45,988 nt of DNA from a virus. Every line of letters starts with the position of its first letter. Positions within the stretch are counted from its first letter, which is position 1. The notes under the pieces are model-generated. The model had not been told where the DNA came from. It searched no databases and was given only the letters and a program-made list of their open reading frames with translations. The position numbers and the translations under genes are program-made. Positions 41,317 to 45,988 of this stretch are shown one piece after another. The stretch spans positions 1-45,988 of the IMG/VR virus record IMGVR_UViG_3300013233_000256; one strand, given 5' to 3'.

Positions 41317-41340
41317 TAACGTCTGCGCAGGAGAAGTGTT

Positions 41341-43464
41341 ATGACAGTAAGCACTACTAATACAACATCAGGGCCGTATCTCGGTAACAATGTTACCATA
41401 TCGTTCTCTTACACGTTCAGGCTTGAATCTGACACACAGGTTCAGGTTTATGAAACCGATATAGCAGGGGTTACCACCCTTCTTACACTCGCTGTTGATT
41501 ACACTGTTGCAGGGCTCGGTGTTGACGCCGGTGGACTCATAACACGCGTAGCCGGCGCTCTTCCAACAGGGTACACATGGTACATTAAAGCGAATTACGC
41601 AGAGACGCAGGACACTGTTTTTGCTTCACAAGGTGGCTTTTTCCCTACGGTGCACGAGTCAGCAATCGATAAATTGACGTTTCTCATTCAGCAGCTTCTT
41701 GATAAAGTTTCCAGGGCTGTCCGCATCCCCGACAGTTCAACCGACATCACGGGTAATACCACACCGGAGGTTCGGGCGAACAAAGTTATCGGATTCGACA
41801 GTAATAACAACGTAGTGTTGTATGACCCTACTTTGACTTCAGGAATGATACCTATGTCAGAGAAAGCAGCTCTCAGCGGTGTTGCGTCACTTGACTCTAA
41901 TGGTAAAGTTGTTCAAGAGTCTTCATTTGATGTGGATACTGTGACAGCCATGCGTTTACTTACCCCTGTTAGTAATGGGAATTATTACCTTAAATTCCAT
42001 ACGACAGTAGGGGGCGGAGGGCATTTTCGCGGTGTAACGGGAGCGGCTCCGGGCACATATGTAGATAATAATGGCACGATTATTGTACCCGCTGGAGGCG
42101 ACGGCTCAGCAGCATGGATACGTGATGTAGGGGATACATTAAATGTAAGCATGTTCGGAGCAGTTAATGATGGTACAGATAAAACAGTAGAGATGCAAGC
42201 TGCCTTAAATTACTGGCGCGACCATAATGTTACGATGGTGGTATCTGATACCATCCTTTGTAATGCCGGACTGACGATAAACTTTACAGCCACAGCTACA
42301 GGCCACCGCATCCTTAGATTTGAGGGTGGTGGGAAAATTGATGCAACGGCGCAGGTCGCTGGTACGGCTCTGCTAATCAAGACAACAGGTACGCTAATCA
42401 AGACAACAGGTACGCTGGTCAGAGATTTCAAGATTGAAAATTTATATATCAAAGGTGGTTATGATGGTCTAACTATAAATGGTGGATTGCCTGCTAATAG
42501 CGAATGGATATATGAGTTTACACTGGACAAGCCAACATTATATGGCCAAATGCACGACGGGCTTTCTATTACAGGGAATTGTTTTGAATTCTCCGTAATG
42601 AATCCAACGGCAGTAGGTAGTGCAGCATCAAATTATCCAATACATATTTACGATACAGCACCAGCGGTTGTTTCGTCATGGCATCTATACAACGCCACGA
42701 CGAGAAGCGGTCTTACAGGATGTGTAGTTGCATCAGGAGATGGTGTAATACATGGAGGCACATTTATTTCAGCACAACGCGCTGGACTCAGTATAAATGG
42801 CAATAATGTAACTTTGATTAAACCACATGTTGAGAATAATTGGCTTAGTGCGGCAACATTAGCAACTGGCGGCCCCGGATTATACTTCATCGGTGCCGGT
42901 GAAATTATAGGATTACGTGCAACGACAAACACTGATGCAGCAGGAGGCAGACAGCAATACGGAATGCAGCTATTTGCTTCGGGTGCAGGGATAAATGTTG
43001 TCGGCGGATCTGGCGGTGGCAGTACGGTAAAATTCGTTGATGTGACAGGCACAACCAGTCCCGCATCAGTCACACTGATAGGTAATGACAGTTATCAGGC
43101 ATTGTTTGGCACACGAGTAGACGTAATCGCCAAGGGCAAACATGCTGCCCTAGCGATTGGTAAGCGGTATGTATTTACTGCGTATGCTGCAACAATAACT
43201 CCAAACCTAGACATTGGTTCGTTTTTTAAAGTCCCATTATTAACTGGTAACATCACAGTTAATGCGCCGACTAATTCTTATGGCGTATTTCTAGGGCAAG
43301 AGATTGTATTCTATATGAAACAAGATGCTGTTGGCGGGCACACGGTTGCATGGAATTCAGTGTTTAAGGTTTCAACCGCTTTAAATGGCACAATTCTTAA
43401 GACAACTGTTTGGGAATTTATCTGGGATGGAACAAATTGGCGGGAGAAAGGTGCTACAACGTGA
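41341..43464 (+). CDS. Tailspike with right-handed beta-helix (pectate-lyase-like depolymerase) domain
   Basis: A conserved fibre N-domain is followed by NVSMFGAVNDGTDKTVEMQAALNYW (the FGA.gDGt.D.t.A.q.A signature). Repetitive Gly/Asn-rich beta-helix turns follow. Confidence 0.78.
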   Translation: MTVSTTNTTSGPYLGNNVTISFSYTFRLESDTQVQVYETDIAGVTTLLTLAVDYTVAGLGVDAGGLITRVAGALPTGYTWYIKANYAETQDTVFASQGGFFPTVHESAIDKLTFLIQQLLDKVSRAVRIPDSSTDITGNTTPEVRANKVIGFDSNNNVVLYDPTLTSGMIPMSEKAALSGVASLDSNGKVVQESSFDVDTVTAMRLLTPVSNGNYYLKFHTTVGGGGHFRGVTGAAPGTYVDNNGTIIVPAGGDGSAAWIRDVGDTLNVSMFGAVNDGTDKTVEMQAALNYWRDHNVTMVVSDTILCNAGLTINFTATATGHRILRFEGGGKIDATAQVAGTALLIKTTGTLIKTTGTLVRDFKIENLYIKGGYDGLTINGGLPANSEWIYEFTLDKPTLYGQMHDGLSITGNCFEFSVMNPTAVGSAASNYPIHIYDTAPAVVSSWHLYNATTRSGLTGCVVASGDGVIHGGTFISAQRAGLSINGNNVTLIKPHVENNWLSAATLATGGPGLYFIGAGEIIGLRATTNTDAAGGRQQYGMQLFASGAGINVVGGSGGGSTVKFVDVTGTTSPASVTLIGNDSYQALFGTRVDVIAKGKHAALAIGKRYVFTAYAATITPNLDIGSFFKVPLLTGNITVNAPTNSYGVFLGQEIVFYMKQDAVGGHTVAWNSVFKVSTALNGTILKTTVWEFIWDGTNWREKGATT
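42372..42413. repeat. Perfect 21-bp tandem duplication (gctaatcaagacaacaggtac x2) giving LIKTTGT-LIKTTGT
   Basis: Read directly. It is flanked by ggtacgct microhomology. Confidence 0.95.
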
Positions 43465-43472
43465 TTTCGGCG

Positions 43473-43489
43473 AATCATCCCGGATGATT
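43473..43489 (+). terminator. Weak hairpin after the tailspike gene
   Basis: aatcatc-ccg-gatgatt is followed by tac. The stem is A/T-rich and weak. Confidence 0.3.
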
Positions 43490-43562
43490 TACTTGAGTAA
43501 TAATGTTGTTAATGCTTAGTAAGAAAGTTTGCACGCATTGAACGCATACTGGAGTTAAAGTA

Positions 43563-44852
43563 ATGGTACAGTTAATCAAGCTTGGATTTTTAGGCAAGAT
43601 AGGTGGTGCTGCCGGTGCAGCCTTACAGTATACTCTCCGCGCCCTGTTCAACATCGCTGACACTGGCTTTTTGGCAGATGCTAGTGCTTTCCCTGCTGGT
43701 GCAGTTCCTGATGGCGTACTTATAGTCGATGATAAATCCACAGGTACAGTGGAGATATTGAGCAAAGAGATGAAAGTAGTCGGCTCTGGCGCTTGGGATA
43801 CCACGGGCTTTCATTCAGCCACCCCTGTTCCGCGTGTGATTGGTAATGTGATTGGGATGGATATTCGGACGACAACCAATACTCAGCGCGCCGTATCTAT
43901 TGTAAACAATCTGGCATCAAATCTATTGGCTGATATGGAGTTCTGGGCTGGCCCTTCTACTGTAACAGCAGGATCATTCGATTTCAAAGCAGCAGGTGGA
44001 ACTGCAATAAAGATGGCAACATATGCAGCAGCTACTACATATAATCTGCGTTTTGTGCTTGGTGGGTATGACATCAACGGAGTGCCATATAAGTCCGGAG
44101 ACACGAAGGCCAATTTCACCTATGGCGTTTCTGTCTATATTAAAGGCGGGGCTTTCACGAACTACACCCTACTTTGGAAAACATCAGTTGGCAGTGCAGC
44201 TAACTTATATAAGGCATTGAACGTTTTTGATGCTACGGCTCTTTATGCTGACAACGTTCTAGCCCCTATCTCCGACAAATCAGCCATCCTACAGCCTGTC
44301 CATCTGGATACATTCACCGACGCAAACGGCACGAACATCACAGCGCATACACCAGATGTCGGCGGTGCGGCTACGGTGCTGAGTGGCGGTGCTGATATTC
44401 AGGGGAATCAGCTTAATTGTACGTCTATTACTGGGCCTAATAAATGTCACGTCGTTTGGACTATGGCTGCAAATGGTATGTGGGATATTATAGTCCCGAA
44501 TACAGTCGATGTTGGATATATTGTTTTCAGGTTATCCGATATTAACAATCTCTGGATTGCCTTTATCTCATCAACTCAACTGCAAATATATGATAATCAG
44601 GCAGGAACTTATACGTTACGTGCTGCAATAGCTATTACAAGGGCTGCAAATGACAGACTTCGCGTTATTGCCGATGGGGATGTAATAACAGCATTCAAAA
44701 ATGATACGCAAACAATCACGTTTACATCTGCATTTAATAATACAGCTACGTTAGCTGGCATCAGGGCAAATGTGATAGGTGTAAGAGCAGATAATCTTTC
44801 ATTTTACAACCGCACCGACCCAGCCTATGACGCACTCTTGGGAGGCTTCTAA
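43563..44852 (+). CDS. Second tail fibre / receptor-binding protein candidate, 429 aa
   Basis: It follows the tailspike. The sequence is beta-rich and looks AT-richer by eye, like the tailspike C-terminal part. Confidence 0.55.
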   Translation: MVQLIKLGFLGKIGGAAGAALQYTLRALFNIADTGFLADASAFPAGAVPDGVLIVDDKSTGTVEILSKEMKVVGSGAWDTTGFHSATPVPRVIGNVIGMDIRTTTNTQRAVSIVNNLASNLLADMEFWAGPSTVTAGSFDFKAAGGTAIKMATYAAATTYNLRFVLGGYDINGVPYKSGDTKANFTYGVSVYIKGGAFTNYTLLWKTSVGSAANLYKALNVFDATALYADNVLAPISDKSAILQPVHLDTFTDANGTNITAHTPDVGGAATVLSGGADIQGNQLNCTSITGPNKCHVVWTMAANGMWDIIVPNTVDVGYIVFRLSDINNLWIAFISSTQLQIYDNQAGTYTLRAAIAITRAANDRLRVIADGDVITAFKNDTQTITFTSAFNNTATLAGIRANVIGVRADNLSFYNRTDPAYDALLGGF

Positions 44853-45070
44853 TGATTGTCGCAGAGATATTAACAAAGTGGAAGTTCAACGGCTTCGGTA
44901 ACGTGCCTGACTTACCACCACACATAACCACATTCGGTGACGCTACGCGGACGCCACAGCCTACAAATGGGCAACAGGTAGTAGTCGAAGTAAAGGTGGC
45001 GAAACAAGCAGACCTTTCAGGGCTCATTGTACTCTGGAGTAAAAAGGAGCCAGTAGATGCCACTATATAA
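44852..45070 (+). CDS. Hypothetical protein, 72 aa
   Basis: It has an ATGA-type overlap with the upstream gene. Confidence 0.5.
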   Translation: MIVAEILTKWKFNGFGNVPDLPPHITTFGDATRTPQPTNGQQVVVEVKVAKQADLSGLIVLWSKKEPVDATI

Positions 45071-45224
45071 TCCCGATACCAAGCCGGACGCGCTGGAGAT
45101 AAATTCAGTTGGGGCGAAGATTGAAGCGCTCACAGGTATGCCAATCACGATGGCTCAGAAATCAGCCGTTGCGAACATGACGAGAAAGGAAATTGCAGAC
45201 TACATCAAGGATATAATCCGATGA
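45057..45224 (+). CDS. Hypothetical protein, 55 aa
   Basis: Read manually. An AAGGAG lies 6 nt upstream. Its stop overlaps the next start (ATGA). Confidence 0.45.
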   Translation: MPLYNPDTKPDALEINSVGAKIEALTGMPITMAQKSAVANMTRKEIADYIKDIIR

Positions 45225-45604
45225 GGCCCGGTATAAACTTCATGTTGGGTGTGATTCTCGGCTTCCTCATAGCAGCTGGCCTGTCCGGCGCATTGTCAAA
45301 AGAATGGAAAACAACGGACACGGTCATGCTCATGGCAGCAGAATCAATGTTGCTCGCTGACTATAATCAGACGCTACAAATCTCACAGCACCCCGAATTA
45401 TACTATGAGCGCAACCGAATCATGGGCAGGCATCCGGGGCGCGGTACTGTGAACACATATTTCATCGCAGCGGCGCTGATAACCGCCGGTATTGCCAAAG
45501 CCTTGCCTGTCAAATACAGGCGCATATTTCTCGGAGGCGTGATCGGTGTTGAGGCAATAACAGTAGCAGGAAATAAATCAATCGGACTGAGGGTGGCGTT
45601 TTAA
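45221..45604 (+). CDS. Multi-pass membrane protein, 127 aa
   Basis: It has 3-4 hydrophobic segments (LGVILGFLIAAGLSGAL, YFIAAALITAGIAKAL, IFLGGVIGVEAITVAG). It lies at the head of the lysis cassette. Confidence 0.65.
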   Translation: MRPGINFMLGVILGFLIAAGLSGALSKEWKTTDTVMLMAAESMLLADYNQTLQISQHPELYYERNRIMGRHPGRGTVNTYFIAAALITAGIAKALPVKYRRIFLGGVIGVEAITVAGNKSIGLRVAF

Positions 45605-45684
45605 TGATCGAGCACATTGCCCAAATCAAATCGCAGTTATCGGGATATGTTCCACATTTATGCATGGGGAGGATGAAAACATGA
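45604..45684 (+). CDS. Possible 26-aa coupling peptide
   Basis: Read manually. It has TAATG and ATGA overlaps at its two ends, so it may only mediate translational coupling. Confidence 0.2.
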   Translation: MIEHIAQIKSQLSGYVPHLCMGRMKT

Positions 45685-45988
45685 CGGACTGGCACCCTGG
45701 CGACGACGAACGCCGTACAACTGAGGTGGTAAAAACATGGGAGCGGCATATTTCAACAATCGCAAGTGCAATCGTGATCGCGCTACTGGCGTGGATGGGA
45801 TCAAGCACGATCGAAATGGGCAAGGATATCGCCACGATCAAATCAAAAATGGAAGCAGCCTTGCCTATGCAGGCTGTCATATCTGCACTACAGCGAGGGT
45901 TAATAGAGACGCAATCAAATTATCAATCGATATCAATGCGGGTAGAAAAAATGGAACACAGACAAGATGAGGAAGATGCCAGGGAACG
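45681..45988 (+). CDS. 5' part of the 109-aa single-TMD protein (holin or i-spanin-like candidate); continues at 1..258
   Basis: An ATG follows a GGGGAGG SD. The frame stays open to the window end and is identical to bases 1-239 onward. Confidence 0.6.
   Translation, partial: MTDWHPGDDERRTTEVVKTWERHISTIASAIVIALLAWMGSSTIEMGKDIATIKSKMEAALPMQAVISALQRGLIETQSNYQSISMRVEKMEHRQDEEDARE
45750..45988. repeat. Terminal redundancy: identical to 1-239
   Basis: See the feature at 1-239. Confidence 0.95.

Noticed and set aside
41341-44852. Diversity-generating retroelement (template/variable repeat pair near the receptor-binding genes)
   Set aside because: I recognised no reverse-transcriptase ORF anywhere in the window. 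The only repeat in these genes is a perfect tandem 21-bp duplication, not an adenine-mutated TR/VR pair.
45737-45970. Embedded +1-frame ORF (77 aa) inside the 109-aa membrane-protein gene as an Rz1-like o-spanin (contains AYAGC)
   Set aside because: There is no hydrophobic signal sequence before the Cys, and the -3 position is Tyr. The rest is basic and not Pro-rich, so it is most likely a chance ORF.
1-45988. Lysogeny module (integrase, CI/Cro-type switch, attP)
   Set aside because: No recombinase-like or repressor-like ORF is present on either strand. The RHH and AP2 proteins sit in early lytic operons, so the genome reads as virulent.

Overview
The window is a complete, circularly closed genome of a tailed dsDNA phage with podovirus-type virion genes. 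Bases 1-239 are identical to 45750-45988, so the unit length is 45,749 bp.

There are two divergent transcription blocks. The minus-strand early/replication block (2080-18208) encodes:
- an AP2-type DNA binder
- a primase-helicase
- an HNH-AP2 homing endonuclease
- a DUF2800-type nuclease
- a DUF2815-type SSB
- a family-B-like DNA polymerase
- a VRR-NUC nuclease
- an SNF2 ATPase interrupted by a LAGLIDADG intein
- an AT-rich tail of small accessory genes that includes a MazG-like gene

The plus-strand late block runs from 18748 through the window end and wraps round to 2083. It encodes TerS, TerL, portal, scaffold, capsid and tail tube proteins. It also encodes a 3,254-aa polyvalent virion protein, a beta-helix tailspike, a second fibre and a lysis cassette with extra exported proteins.

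The two blocks diverge at a 540-bp noncoding control region (18209-18747) packed with two repeat families and an AT-rich tract. I found no integrase, repressor, reverse transcriptase, canonical tRNA or CRISPR array.

The observations most worth follow-up are:
- the class-3-like intein in the SNF2 P-loop
- the giant polyvalent protein
- six copies of a minus-strand promoter with a conserved spacer
- the repeat-dense control region
- a 99-nt structured intergenic element
- a signal-peptide SNase-like nuclease in the lysis cassette

All functional calls come from motifs read by eye in the supplied translations. No database search or folding program was run.
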